Source of the DNA: an uncultured virus (IMG/VR IMGVR_UViG_3300020576_008020)
Lineage: Duplodnaviria; Heunggongvirae; Uroviricota; Caudoviricetes
Virus record (IMG/VR): IMGVR_UViG_3300020576_008020
Strand: one strand, 5' to 3'
Length of the DNA: 64,000 nt
A program made the position numbers and the translations under genes. Positions 39,391-49,460 of the stretch are shown in pieces (the stretch's first letter is position 1; every line of letters begins with the position of its first letter). The notes beneath the pieces were generated by a model. That model ran no database searches and had not been told where the DNA came from. It saw only the letters and a program-made list of their open reading frames with translations.

Positions 39391-39430
39391 AAAAAGCGGA
39401 TACCAGTGAAATCAAACAGGTATCCGCTTT
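39391..39430 (-). terminator. intrinsic terminator after loader ATPase
   Basis: AAAGCGGATACC / GGTATCCGCTTT stem with A-run on + strand. Confidence 0.7.
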
Positions 39431-39444
39431 AAGTACACTGTATG

Positions 39445-40440
39445 TTATTCTAACGCAAAAATTGAAGTAGCGCCCATTTTTTTTAGGCTCTCAAAATACC
39501 TGTTAACGGCCACTATTTTTGATTGCTCATATACACTTTCCAATTTTTCACGCACTTTTTTATGCAATTGTTGCACATTTTGCTGCGGCAAAATACCACC
39601 AAACATATCCTCCTGTATCTTATTTAGCTCCGGAGCCTCTATCACTGATAACCCAAAACCAACCAGCGTACTGTATAAAAGAGCCGGAGCCACATGTTTT
39701 ATTTCATTGGTTTTCAAATAGTTTTGATAAATAATTTCCAAATCTTCCTTTATTTCCACAATGTCTTCTTCTGCATTTCCTGAAGACCAGACCGCTTTTT
39801 CAGCAGGATTATTTGTGTCTTTGTAAATATTTGGCTTACCGCCCCTCCTGTCATCACCTACCAGGAATAAAAAATTACACATCTCCGTAAGTCGGCTAAA
39901 GGCTCGTTCACCATACACTTCTCTTAATTGTGCTGGCGTTGCATTAGTACTAAAATGCGATTGTAATCCCATGGATTTAAACGCATCATACCGTTTCATG
40001 ATAATTTCTTCCCCTACCAGCAGCTTGTTTCCGTAATGCGTCGCCTGCTCTTTATTGGGAAAGTTTGTGCGCTCGTCTATAAGACACAGCTCATCGTAGT
40101 AACAATTGCCAACATCCTGATTTTGAATGGCTTCATACCCTCTTTTGCAAAATGTAGCCGTAAATTCCCAGACTACTTCCCGGCGGAATTTATACCGGCT
40201 ATTCAAATAGCGCCCGAGATACATGCGCAGCATATGAAACAGGTCCGTTTTTCCGGTACCTACCGGGCCACAGATAAACAGGCCTTTGTGCAGGTAAAGT
40301 TTCCCATCTTTTTCAAATTCCTTATCCCTTTTTGCCCAAAGAGATACATTTTGTATCACATCTCCGTTATCGCTGTCAATGTTGTACTGAGGAAAATATT
40401 GCCTCACATATTGCTCAAAATCCAAAGGTAAATTTGTCAT
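39445..40440 (-). CDS. DnaC/IstB-like P-loop ATPase (helicase loader)
   Basis: GLFICGPVGTGKT, YDEL, STN, YGERAFSRL.EMCN. Confidence 0.8.
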   Translation of the reverse strand: MTNLPLDFEQYVRQYFPQYNIDSDNGDVIQNVSLWAKRDKEFEKDGKLYLHKGLFICGPVGTGKTDLFHMLRMYLGRYLNSRYKFRREVVWEFTATFCKRGYEAIQNQDVGNCYYDELCLIDERTNFPNKEQATHYGNKLLVGEEIIMKRYDAFKSMGLQSHFSTNATPAQLREVYGERAFSRLTEMCNFLFLVGDDRRGGKPNIYKDTNNPAEKAVWSSGNAEEDIVEIKEDLEIIYQNYLKTNEIKHVAPALLYSTLVGFGLSVIEAPELNKIQEDMFGGILPQQNVQQLHKKVREKLESVYEQSKIVAVNRYFESLKKMGATSIFALE

Positions 40441-40593
40441 TTTTATAAATTTAATGCGTTGTTTGTTTTTCAAATCATTTTAGGTGGGGGGTACATCCCT
40501 GTGCTTTTTTTTTACGTAATGCGGCTTTTTTACACGGTTCCTTTAGAGAAAACAAAAGAATAAGCCATACCCACACAACAGCCCTATTTTTTC

Positions 40594-41814
40594 CTATTTT
40601 CCAACACTGCTTTTATTAAGAATTTCCGCACTGTATTTTTGCTTCTGCAAATCGCGTTTTTTTTGCGGGTCGCTTTCACTGGCAATTTGCTCATCAATTC
40701 CATTGCTTGTTGTATTATATTTAATGTTTTTATCATTTTTAGTAAACAAGACATCAGGGTCTATTCCCGGCCTAGCGCCTTTTGTGCGATTTGCCCAGTT
40801 TGGAAAGTACGCTACCCAGGCATTGTTTCCAGAACTACTGACCATCGGCATTTCAACTTTTCCATCGTTCAGCAAGCTTCGGTTAAACGCAGCGGCCCAT
40901 GGCTCAATTTTTTTTAATGCAACATCAGGGTCTTTGTCCAGATTAAGCCGGATGGCGTGCAGCTCTCTCGTTTTTTCGTAAATCGGGTTGTTCAGGTAGT
41001 TCCAGAGACACACCTCAACTGGGTGGGAAAGGCTTTCGTTTCCTTTTGCCAAACGGTAAACATCCCCTGAATAACCAGTGTTTACAAATGTTTCAGTAGG
41101 TTTTACCGCATCAGCAATTTTTTTTTCGTTGGCGCCATTTTTTGTATTAAAATTTTTCAAATTTTCATCAACAACAACATTATTATTATTTACTATATTG
41201 TTATTTTCTTTTAATACAGAACCATTATTACTACCCTTATTATCTATATTATTGTTGTTATAGTTATAGTTAGGGTTTTGCCGACCGTTTTGCTGCACAT
41301 TTTGCTGCGGCAAAATTTCTTCTGCTTTTTTGAGCTTGTTTGTAACAGATGCACCTTTTTTACCTGCATCACTCCTTGATTTACTTATACTTGCGTCACG
41401 TATCATCCTTTTTTGGCACAGGTATGCTCCCTCAAAATAAAGAATATCATTAGATATTAACTCGGTTAATCCGGCAGTAATCTCATTTTCTGTAAACGGC
41501 AAATGCTTAACAAGACGCTCGGCAAAAATCCGGCAAATGCTTTTAATTTGCTGCTCGCTTTGCTGGTTAGTTTGCTGTACATTTTGCCGCGGCAAAATTT
41601 CGGCAAAATTTTTTATCGCTTCTGATTTTATTAAATATTTTCCGCGCTCTTTAGAATTGAACAAAACGCATAATATGAAAATGTATACTCCAATGGAGTC
41701 CGGGCCACATTCGCGAAGGTTGCTGTCTGTCATAAAGTCCTTGACATTGAACTTCATGTAGAAATCCTTCCGGCTCTTTTCGCTCGTACCGATATTCTTT
41801 TTATTATTTCTCAT
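40594..41814 (-). CDS. phage replication initiator-like protein
   Basis: N-terminal FYMKFNVKDFMTD..L......GVY, R..AGKKG, Asn-rich linker; adjacent to loader ATPase. Confidence 0.7.
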   Translation of the reverse strand: MRNNKKNIGTSEKSRKDFYMKFNVKDFMTDSNLRECGPDSIGVYIFILCVLFNSKERGKYLIKSEAIKNFAEILPRQNVQQTNQQSEQQIKSICRIFAERLVKHLPFTENEITAGLTELISNDILYFEGAYLCQKRMIRDASISKSRSDAGKKGASVTNKLKKAEEILPQQNVQQNGRQNPNYNYNNNNIDNKGSNNGSVLKENNNIVNNNNVVVDENLKNFNTKNGANEKKIADAVKPTETFVNTGYSGDVYRLAKGNESLSHPVEVCLWNYLNNPIYEKTRELHAIRLNLDKDPDVALKKIEPWAAAFNRSLLNDGKVEMPMVSSSGNNAWVAYFPNWANRTKGARPGIDPDVLFTKNDKNIKYNTTSNGIDEQIASESDPQKKRDLQKQKYSAEILNKSSVGK

Positions 41815-42587
41815 AGAATGTTGTCTTATGTGGTTGCGGAGATAAATTACCTATTTTATTTATGGCTGGAAAATATAATGATAATGATGCTGAAGGTGTT
41901 TGTTTTATTAAAAATTAAAAAAGCCTGGTATCTTTTTTGATTATCAACCAGACTTTAAGCGTGTCGTTTGATGCGCGGCAAAAATATTTTTTGAGTTATC
42001 CACATTTTTTAGGATAGCAACTGTGGTGGGATTTTTTTTGACGGCATGATATTTACAAGGGATATTAGTGTGTTTATGTTGCTGAGTAGTATTTTGAAAT
42101 CCGCTACTGGCAATGATTTGAATACATACAAGCAATAGTTGGCAGAAATAGCAGCAGAAATTTTTTTGCATAAAAAGCATTGAGGGATGACAAAGTAAGG
42201 AATAGTTTTTAACAAAGTCAACAAATCCAAAAAATTTTTTGGAAAATGATTTTATACGCTCCATGTATTTCTTACTTTTGTTACGGAAAATCAAACTACG
42301 CTATTATAATGATTTATAACCTGTCTGCTATTAAAAGCAAAATGAAACAAAAACCCAGAGGGCAGCGCATCTATGCTTTTTTTGAAGGCGATTATGCTAA
42401 ACTTACGCCAAGCCAGATAACCCAGATGGAAAAAATAATAGCTAAGGGTCACAAAAACGCGCTGGCTGTTATAAAAAAAGCCAGGTCGGCAATGAGTGCT
42501 GGTAATTAAGCTAGGCATTTGTTCTATTGCTTTTCTAAATATTTATTATATATTTGTGCTTTCATCTTTCACTTAAAATATTTTAAA

Positions 42588-42809
42588 ATGAACGGTACAC
42601 AAATCAGAAATATTGCGATAGGCGCTGCTATTGGTTTGGCTGGCGGATATGTAGCCGGTAAATTCGTAAAGCCGGAGTATAAGAAATATCTTGTTTTTGG
42701 CCTGGCTATTGTTGGTGGCATAGTTGGCTACAACATGAAGGTAGATGCTCCAGCCGCCGCTATGGCTCCTGCTGTTGCTCCTGCTTCAGCCGCTCCCGTT
42801 ACAGCGTAG
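42588..42809 (+). CDS. small two-TM membrane protein
   Basis: Gly-rich TM helices and Ala/Pro tail; TATATTTG promoter element at 42549-42556. Confidence 0.7.
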   Translation: MNGTQIRNIAIGAAIGLAGGYVAGKFVKPEYKKYLVFGLAIVGGIVGYNMKVDAPAAAMAPAVAPASAAPVTA

Positions 42810-42842
42810 TTTACGCTAAAGCCTGATAGCGTTGTCATTAAA

Positions 42843-42870
42843 TAAAGCCTGCTGGAAACAGCGGGCTTTA
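42843..42870. terminator. hairpin terminator between convergent genes
   Basis: TAAAGCCTGCTG-GAAA-CAGCGGGCTTTA. Confidence 0.75.
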
Positions 42871-43165
42871 AGTGTTTATATTATTATGTAGTGTCTATTG
42901 ATTGACTGCTAGTCAGCATAAGCTTATCCTTGTGGTCTACCATAACCAGCGGCCCTAAACGAATAAACATGGGCTCGGTGCAGCCGGGTTGTATCACGTT
43001 GTAAAAACCATCATTGCATTCATGCAGCGTAGATTCTTTTGGTATAGTTACTTGCACAGGTGCAAGGAATGATGTGTGAACGCGAAAGCTTTTCCCGTTT
43101 GATTTTATTGTTCGTTGTATTTTCTGTGCTTCTGTTGCCATGTGTATGTAATAATTTTCAAAATG

Positions 43166-43417
43166 TTATACGCAATAATCCCCGTTTTTAATTTCATTGT
43201 GTAGTTGCTTCCACCAGTCCTCTTTGTCGTTGTAAACATCTATGCTTTCCCTGTTGGCCCTTGCGCATATTATTGCTTCCAGTATTGTAGTTCTTACAAA
43301 AGTCTCTCACCTGCCAGGTAATCGTATAAGTGCTTCTCTTTTTAAGGAACACTCGGGAAGCATTTCTATCCATTCACGGACTGTTTTTTTTGCTGTAATT
43401 GTAAGGATATTTGACAT
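43166..43417 (-). pseudogene. hypothetical gene with in-frame TGA at codon 37
   Basis: MSNILT...LPGR*ETFV...GDYCV; TGA at 43307-43309. Confidence 0.5.
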
Positions 43418-43440
43418 GATGTTGTGTTTATGAGAAATAT

Positions 43441-44787
43441 TTATACGGCCACAGCTTCGTTTGCAGCAGCTTCTTTTTCAAACAGATGTTTATGATGTTT
43501 GATAAAAGCATTGCAGCGCAAGTATTCCCTTTTGCTTTCAAAACGTTTCAGTAGGCGATTGGCTTTATCTGCATCTATAGGTTGCCGTCTGGGTAATGAC
43601 GGGTCATAATCAAAGAAATCTCCGCAGTAGATATTGTGTAGCTTATTGCCGGAGATAACCCACCACATGTTGTTAATATGGTGCCACACAATACCGCAGG
43701 AAAGACGTCGTGTAAACCAATCGTAAAAGTACTTTTTGTCCCCGCAGATAAGCTTCTTCTTATTCTTATCATCACTGTTGTACAGATAATTGTAGTTGGT
43801 CTCTGTAATAGCCAGCTTTATGTCATTGAGGCAATTAACCACTCCGTGAATGTGTGTGTTAGTTTTTAAATTGTCAATTATTGTTTCTGCCGGAGAAAGT
43901 ACCTTATCCTGCACTCGTAAAGGCATCTTGTACCTTGTTTGCAAATGCTCTATTGTCTTGGCTATCTCAAGATTTAAAGCCATAGTTTCCATGTAGGTAA
44001 GCTTTGTGTACCTATTGTCTGATGGCCAATCCCAAAAATTAGTCTGTTCCTTCCATAAGTTTTTAACGTGGCCAAATATCAAATGGATAGATGCTGCGTT
44101 AATTTCCATGAGGCAAACAATATTTTTTTTGTGACCAATTTTATGGTACTTGCTTAGGCAGGTTGCTTCTTTTTCAAAATACGGGTTTGCTGTAATTGTA
44201 AAGCCTCTTTTCCTAAGAAAATAAATCAAAGCCAGCCATTTATTGTAATGCGGCACGTCCAATGTAAAGTTCTCGCCACGCTCAATAAATTCAATAAAGA
44301 TATTAGACCTAAAAGTTCTTATTTCGTCCTGCGTTTTTATTGTAATCATTGTAATGATTTTTTTTATTTTATCTAATGCTTTTGTTAATTCTTCTTCTAC
44401 GTCTTTTGGCTCCCAATACATCCATCCGCCAGGCATGCCTCCAGATTTTAATTCGTTACCAACTATCCAAACTTCTCCTCCGCGGTCTCTATGTATTTCT
44501 GCCCACCACCCATGTTCTATATGTTCGTATGCAAGTATGTTTTTAACGGGCCAGTCACTGGTATCTACTTTTTTAAACTTGAAACGAAGCAATATTTTTA
44601 TAAACTGCGCAATGTTCTTATCTACATCCAACTCGTGCTGCCGTTTGTGCTTAGCCTCTCTTTTTTTATCAGCATCTAATTTCGCTTGCATCGCCAGGTT
44701 AATAAATTCAATTTGCTCAGCAGTTAGAGTTAGCTTAATCTTGAGGCCATCTATCGGTACAATAATATTTTTTATTTTATGGAACAT
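43441..44787 (-). CDS. hypothetical phage protein
   Basis: long ORF; GIVWHHINNMWWVI motif. Confidence 0.7.
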   Translation of the reverse strand: MFHKIKNIIVPIDGLKIKLTLTAEQIEFINLAMQAKLDADKKREAKHKRQHELDVDKNIAQFIKILLRFKFKKVDTSDWPVKNILAYEHIEHGWWAEIHRDRGGEVWIVGNELKSGGMPGGWMYWEPKDVEEELTKALDKIKKIITMITIKTQDEIRTFRSNIFIEFIERGENFTLDVPHYNKWLALIYFLRKRGFTITANPYFEKEATCLSKYHKIGHKKNIVCLMEINAASIHLIFGHVKNLWKEQTNFWDWPSDNRYTKLTYMETMALNLEIAKTIEHLQTRYKMPLRVQDKVLSPAETIIDNLKTNTHIHGVVNCLNDIKLAITETNYNYLYNSDDKNKKKLICGDKKYFYDWFTRRLSCGIVWHHINNMWWVISGNKLHNIYCGDFFDYDPSLPRRQPIDADKANRLLKRFESKREYLRCNAFIKHHKHLFEKEAAANEAVAV

Positions 44788-45117
44788 AAACAAGGGTCTC
44801 AATAGTTTTTTTAAGGCATTGCAGCCCTTTGATATGGTCATCGCAGCAGTCGCGCATATAGTCGCCAGCTTTTCCATTGTTAAGCTTCCAGGCTACCATG
44901 GAACTATATATTTGTTGCTGATGTAAAATGCTGCCTATCTTTTCATCTACCGCAAGAAGAGCGCATTTTTTTGCCCATTCATAATTACGCAAGTTTAGAC
45001 CAAGATGCTCCATGCCAACAGGTACCTCTATTTTCAAGATGACAAAGTATTCATCAACTATTTTTTCTGCTTGCTTAATGTATGTGTCCGGGTTGAAGCT
45101 CATCTATTAACGTTTTT

Positions 45118-45606
45118 TTATACCAAAATCGTTTTTGCTGTCAGTGATTTTATTTTTGTCAATAATTTATTCCAGATGCGAGAGGTCAATGATTTGCCCA
45201 GGTATTTATACCACGAAATCTTTATTTCCACTCTTGCAAAAATTCTTTCTTGCGAAATTGAAATATCAGATGCTGTTGGTTCAAAATGCTGCTTAAATTC
45301 TGCCGGTAATGCGGCGTAGCACTTTTTAAGCAATGCGTAGTAGGACTCATTGATGCCCTTGAATTTGCGCACAAGGCACTGTTTGTTAAGAATGCGGATG
45401 CGCTGCATTATAAAGCTCAGCTTGTTATAAAAAAACCTGACGTGGCCAGTACCTAATACATAGGTTGCGGGTAAAATATTTGGATTGTATTTACCGGAAA
45501 GCCATAGCTTATGTACATGTGTGATAATTCTGGGTATTTCTCTAAGTTCCGACCTTAAATGCTGGTCAGTAAGAAGTTTTGCCGGAATAAGATTTACTCG
45601 TGTCAT
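45118..45606 (-). CDS. denV: pyrimidine-dimer DNA glycosylase / endonuclease V
   Basis: MTRVNL....LTDQHL..E.REIPRI, YVLGTGHVRFFYNKL. Confidence 0.9.
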   Translation of the reverse strand: MTRVNLIPAKLLTDQHLRSELREIPRIITHVHKLWLSGKYNPNILPATYVLGTGHVRFFYNKLSFIMQRIRILNKQCLVRKFKGINESYYALLKKCYAALPAEFKQHFEPTASDISISQERIFARVEIKISWYKYLGKSLTSRIWNKLLTKIKSLTAKTILV

Positions 45607-45640
45607 GAAATAATTTTATCAGTTAGAAAATTGCTAAAAC

Positions 45641-45916
45641 TTATATTTTTGTATTTAGTCCGCGCTCAGTTAGTTTGTAGAACGTGCTGTAGTTGTCAGC
45701 TATGCTGGTATCTTCTACAATCATGCCGGTAGCAATAAGGCCTTTTGCCGGGGCATTTTTTACCATATCGTAACTATCCATCCAAAACTGTCCGGAAGTC
45801 TTTGATGTAGATAAAGACTCGCCGCCGCGCATACGCTTAAGAATTTTTATTTGCTCTCCGGTCAATGGAATGTTGCTGCTGGCGCCACTATTATTATTGC
45901 TGCTGCTTGTTGTCAT
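45641..45916 (-). CDS. small winged-helix-like protein, paralog of 51305-51589
   Basis: L...Q..I...L..G...LI..G.I....Y.LTE.G. Confidence 0.5.
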   Translation of the reverse strand: MTTSSSNNNSGASSNIPLTGEQIKILKRMRGGESLSTSKTSGQFWMDSYDMVKNAPAKGLIATGMIVEDTSIADNYSTFYKLTERGLNTKI

Positions 45917-46636
45917 GAATGCTGATTTTATAATTTAATGTTTGTTGCTTTGCGCTGCTTGTCAAACTTATTTTTTTCTTTTTCTGCTTTTTTTATACTT
46001 CTGTTGCCCTCACTCCCTGGGGGGGCCTCCTCTTATGCACCTATTCTTAGTAATATAATTACCAATCAAAGGTTGTCTCGGAATTTCAGGTATGTATGTA
46101 CGCATGTTGCTGGCGTGTAACGTTATCATACCTTTTTCTTTTTCCGGTAACTTAATAGTATCAATTTCCGTGCCAATTGGTTGCTTTGGGTCGGTTACTA
46201 CCAATAATGGTGTTTCTAAGCGATGCAGCATCAGCAGCTCCAGAGAAAGCAGAGATGGCGCATAGTGGCCGATTATTCCAAAACTCAAGGGCGAAATTTT
46301 AAGACGATTTTTACTTAGCATTGACTTTGGCAATTTTTTTGTCAATAATTTCCATGCAGTTTGCTATGCCTTCTTGAACGACACCAAATCCTTTCCATTT
46401 TTTTTTCAACTTTCCCATTTCTGCTTTTACTTGCTTCAGGTGATGAAGAACGGCATTTTTTGATACCTTCTTGTCATATTGCATGCGCTTAAACTTGTTC
46501 ATAATCCTATCGGCCAAATCGGGCGTAAGTTCCGTTACGGGCAAAAAATCCCGGTCGATTGCACTTGTGCTTTTGCCAGATGTCTTTCTGCCGTAGTCAT
46601 TGCTACCTGGACCGATTAGGCCATTTTCTCCTGATT

Positions 46637-47284
46637 TCATTTGCTCTGATATGTTTGTAAGTAATAATCTTTTGATTTTTCGTCAGGTTCCCCAACTCTG
46701 AATTTAGCTATTTCTGCATCCGTTTTGGTGTGAGGCATATTAGGTAGGTGCTGTTTTAATAGTTCGTGGATGCATATCATGCCCTCTGTATGTGCGTCTT
46801 GTATTGAATTCTGCTCGCATGGGAGCAAAGAGCGCAAAATAGATTGCATGCGGTCAATAGCATCGCACCAGCCCTCGTTATAGCTGCTGTAACTATCTGG
46901 ATTACCGCGTTGCTTATACGGGTGCTCTTTTTCTAATGCATCGGATTGCTCAATAGCGCTCATTATAGCAGTCTTGCTCTTTTTCTCTTCAGCCGATGCT
47001 ATAGGGGCCTGCGCATTAGATGAAGAATGATAATTTGCTATTAATTGCTTAAGTTCATGTAATAATTCGTTGGTGTCTTCTGGGCGTGAGGGCAACTGCT
47101 TTATATTGCAAATTATTTCCCCGACTCCCATGCCGCCTCTTTCGTTCAACCTATGCAGTGTTTGCCCATGTATTACTTTTGCCCATTCTTCATTTAGCAT
47201 TTCATCAGGGACATGTGTTGGGCATACGGTTCCTTTATAGTGCTCTCCGTTAAATTGCCTTAATGATTCTGAGTGTATTTTCAT
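46637..47284 (-). CDS. hypothetical phage protein
   Basis: HGQTLHRLNERGGMG..E motif. Confidence 0.65.
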   Translation of the reverse strand: MKIHSESLRQFNGEHYKGTVCPTHVPDEMLNEEWAKVIHGQTLHRLNERGGMGVGEIICNIKQLPSRPEDTNELLHELKQLIANYHSSSNAQAPIASAEEKKSKTAIMSAIEQSDALEKEHPYKQRGNPDSYSSYNEGWCDAIDRMQSILRSLLPCEQNSIQDAHTEGMICIHELLKQHLPNMPHTKTDAEIAKFRVGEPDEKSKDYYLQTYQSK

Positions 47285-47537
47285 AAATAGTTACAATATG
47301 AAATTCCTGATAATTAAAAATGGTAGATTCTATGTGCTCCTTGCTGCCCTCCCATTCTACCTCCCCCAAATCTGAGTAAATAACAAAAAGCTGCTCTTTA
47401 GGCACAAATTTGGATAAATACAAAAACATGGCCTGGCTATCTTTACCGCCTGAGTGATTGCACACAAACATAGTCTGTGGGTGAAATATAATACAGGCTG
47501 GCGGTAATGCTGGCGTATGTGTAGTATTGGTTCGCAT
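47250..47537 (-). pseudogene. truncated PAPS-reductase-family protein
   Basis: NHSGGKDSQAM PP-loop, DLGEVEW; only 95 aa. Confidence 0.65.
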
Positions 47538-47558
47538 AGTGCTATATACACAAAGAAA

Positions 47559-47573
47559 GCAACATTCGTGCCA
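47559..47573 (-). promoter_or_regulatory. sigma54-type promoter embedded in a 12-bp inverted repeat
   Basis: TGGCACG-AATG-TTGC; IR arms at 47555-47566 and 47574-47585. Confidence 0.75.
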
Positions 47574-47607
47574 AATGTTGCTTTCCTAACAATATCGAAA
47601 ATATTTT

Positions 47608-47982
47608 TTATTTTTTTTCTTTTGCTGAGGCGGCATTATGTTCCGCAGCGGGTGCAGGCGTCGGGGCCGGTGCAGGCGCCGCGGCCTGTACCTGCGGCAT
47701 AAGCTGGTCGTTTATTACCTTGGTAATACCCATAACCGTAATGTGGGGTGCGGAGCTGGCGTCAATTACCTGGCTAAGCAGTGTAATTTCCTGCGCAGTA
47801 AGCTGAAGCGTATACTTTTTTTCCGGTCCCGGTACCTGGATTGGCGCTGTTGCTTTTGCCTGCTCTGCCGTAGTTGTATCTTTGGAATTTTTTTTTGTTA
47901 ACTGGGCAAGACCATAATGCGTGCCTACAAGCGCTAAAAGCGAAAGCGTAAGAATAAGTGCAAAAAGATTTGTTTTTTTCAT
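47608..47982 (-). CDS. secreted/membrane hypothetical protein with Ala/Pro tail
   Basis: MKKTNLFALILTLSLLALVG signal-like N-terminus. Confidence 0.65.
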   Translation of the reverse strand: MKKTNLFALILTLSLLALVGTHYGLAQLTKKNSKDTTTAEQAKATAPIQVPGPEKKYTLQLTAQEITLLSQVIDASSAPHITVMGITKVINDQLMPQVQAAAPAPAPTPAPAAEHNAASAKEKK

Positions 47983-48037
47983 TATGTTTTTTGTTTTTTT
48001 TGTAAAAAAGTTGATTAACTGTTGTGAAAAATAAACG

Positions 48038-48382
48038 CTAGCTGGATTTTGCAATAATTTCTCGTATGCGTTCTTCTTTCCAGGCATCCGGGTATGTTGC
48101 CAGCGACCATTCAATGTATTTACGCACTATCTCTGGATTATCTTTGGTCATTTGCTGTAATGTTAGCGAGCAATTGTACCACCGCGTGCTAAGCAGCCAT
48201 GCAAAATATGGAGCCTGACTTTGTGTTTCTACTATCGTCCGAAAGCCCTGTATTGCATCATAATCGTCTTGTATCGTAGGCGAAAAATGCGGTGGTATCG
48301 CCATAATAAAATTTCGCTGATTTAACTCATTTTGAACCCTAAGCTCGGTTGTGTCAGCACCAAAAAAAAGATGGTCGGTCAT
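48038..48382 (-). CDS. hypothetical protein
   Basis: start at MTDHLFF, downstream of sigma54 site. Confidence 0.6.
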   Translation of the reverse strand: MTDHLFFGADTTELRVQNELNQRNFIMAIPPHFSPTIQDDYDAIQGFRTIVETQSQAPYFAWLLSTRWYNCSLTLQQMTKDNPEIVRKYIEWSLATYPDAWKEERIREIIAKSS

Positions 48383-48414
48383 TGTTATGAAAATAATTAT
48401 TTCATAAATGTAAA

Positions 48415-48429
48415 GCAAAAAGTGTGCCA
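48415..48429 (-). promoter_or_regulatory. sigma54-type promoter
   Basis: TGGCACA-CTTT-TTGC. Confidence 0.7.
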
Positions 48430-48447
48430 AAAAGCAAAAGTAAAAAC

Positions 48448-49026
48448 TTACTTTTTTCTGATGTTGCGGATAATCCTGATGCTTCCTACAACAATAAGTG
48501 TTGCGGTTAGTGCCGCAGTGGCGGCTATGCCATATGTCGCAACAGGATTGGTATGATAAAAAATAGAAATGGAATTAAAGAATGTTTTCAAACGGGAGTC
48601 CAGCAGGCTAAATCCCTCTGCAATGTCCTCGTCGGTAATCATGTCAGCATACGGTTTGCCCAGCTCTACATTAAATTGAGCGCGCATAATTTTGGAAACA
48701 GTTGCCTGGTCGGTAGGAATGGGGCCATTAGCGTCAATGCCTGCATAGCTGGCTACGGTATTAATATATTTGGTGGTATCGTTCTCAAAATTTGGCGCAT
48801 ATCTGTGGATATAGCTGGTCAGCGTTTTGGTGTTGTGCTTTTGTATTGAGGAATAATAGTTGCTTAAAAAAGCGCGAATGCCCCATGGCATACTATCAAA
48901 TATGGCAAATCGGCCATCGCTTCCCACCTGGCCCAGCCAACCGGATTTTATATCGGATATGTTACCCGGATTGTTATTCCGTAATCCGCGGGGGTATTTG
49001 CTATTTCCTCTGAAGTCACTGGCCAT
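48448..49026 (-). CDS. P5-like virion / lysozyme-like protein with C-terminal TM
   Basis: PRGLRNNNPGNI, GRFAIF....GIRA, RYAP..ENDT..Y. Confidence 0.75.
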   Translation of the reverse strand: MASDFRGNSKYPRGLRNNNPGNISDIKSGWLGQVGSDGRFAIFDSMPWGIRAFLSNYYSSIQKHNTKTLTSYIHRYAPNFENDTTKYINTVASYAGIDANGPIPTDQATVSKIMRAQFNVELGKPYADMITDEDIAEGFSLLDSRLKTFFNSISIFYHTNPVATYGIAATAALTATLIVVGSIRIIRNIRKK

Positions 49027-49113
49027 TACATTATGGGTTTGACCGCAAAGGTAATGATATATGTGAAATTATCAAATTATACCGTTACATGTAGTATAAA
49101 GTAATGTTTTATT

Positions 49114-49460
49114 GTTGTATTTACCTTTTTTTGACAATGTGGTTTATGTGGTTTATGTGGTTTGCGATATTTTATGCTCTTCTCGTTGTAATTACCTTTT
49201 AAATTGTGGTCATTTACAACTTTTGCTAGAAGACGAAGATTTAATTGCTGTTGTAACTACCTTTCAAAATGTGGTCATTAACAACCAGATTTAAGAGGAA
49301 TAATCGTTCCCACACGTTGTAATTACCTTTCAAAATGTGGTCATTAACAATTCCTCCCGAATTATGCGAATACATGCCGGAGTTGTAACTACCTTTCAAA
49401 TTGAGGTCATTTACAACTTAGGGAAAAATGAAACTACTACCCTTCGTTGCAATTACCTTA
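49114..49460 (-). CRISPR. CRISPR mini-array: 4 full 36-bp repeats plus 2 degenerate/partial end repeats
   Basis: + strand GTTGTAAYTACCTTTYAAAWTGWGGTCATTWACAAY at 49185, 49250, 49316, 49382; unique spacers of 29, 30, 30, 28 bp; partial copies at 49446 and 49114. Confidence 0.92.

Noticed and set aside
38933..39391. 152-aa + strand ORF with repeated HILPRQN
   Set aside because: Non-ATG start inside a palindrome; the repeats simply translate the DNA motif
49138..49164. TGTGGTTTA x3 microrepeat
   Set aside because: Most simply slippage within the degenerate terminal CRISPR repeat
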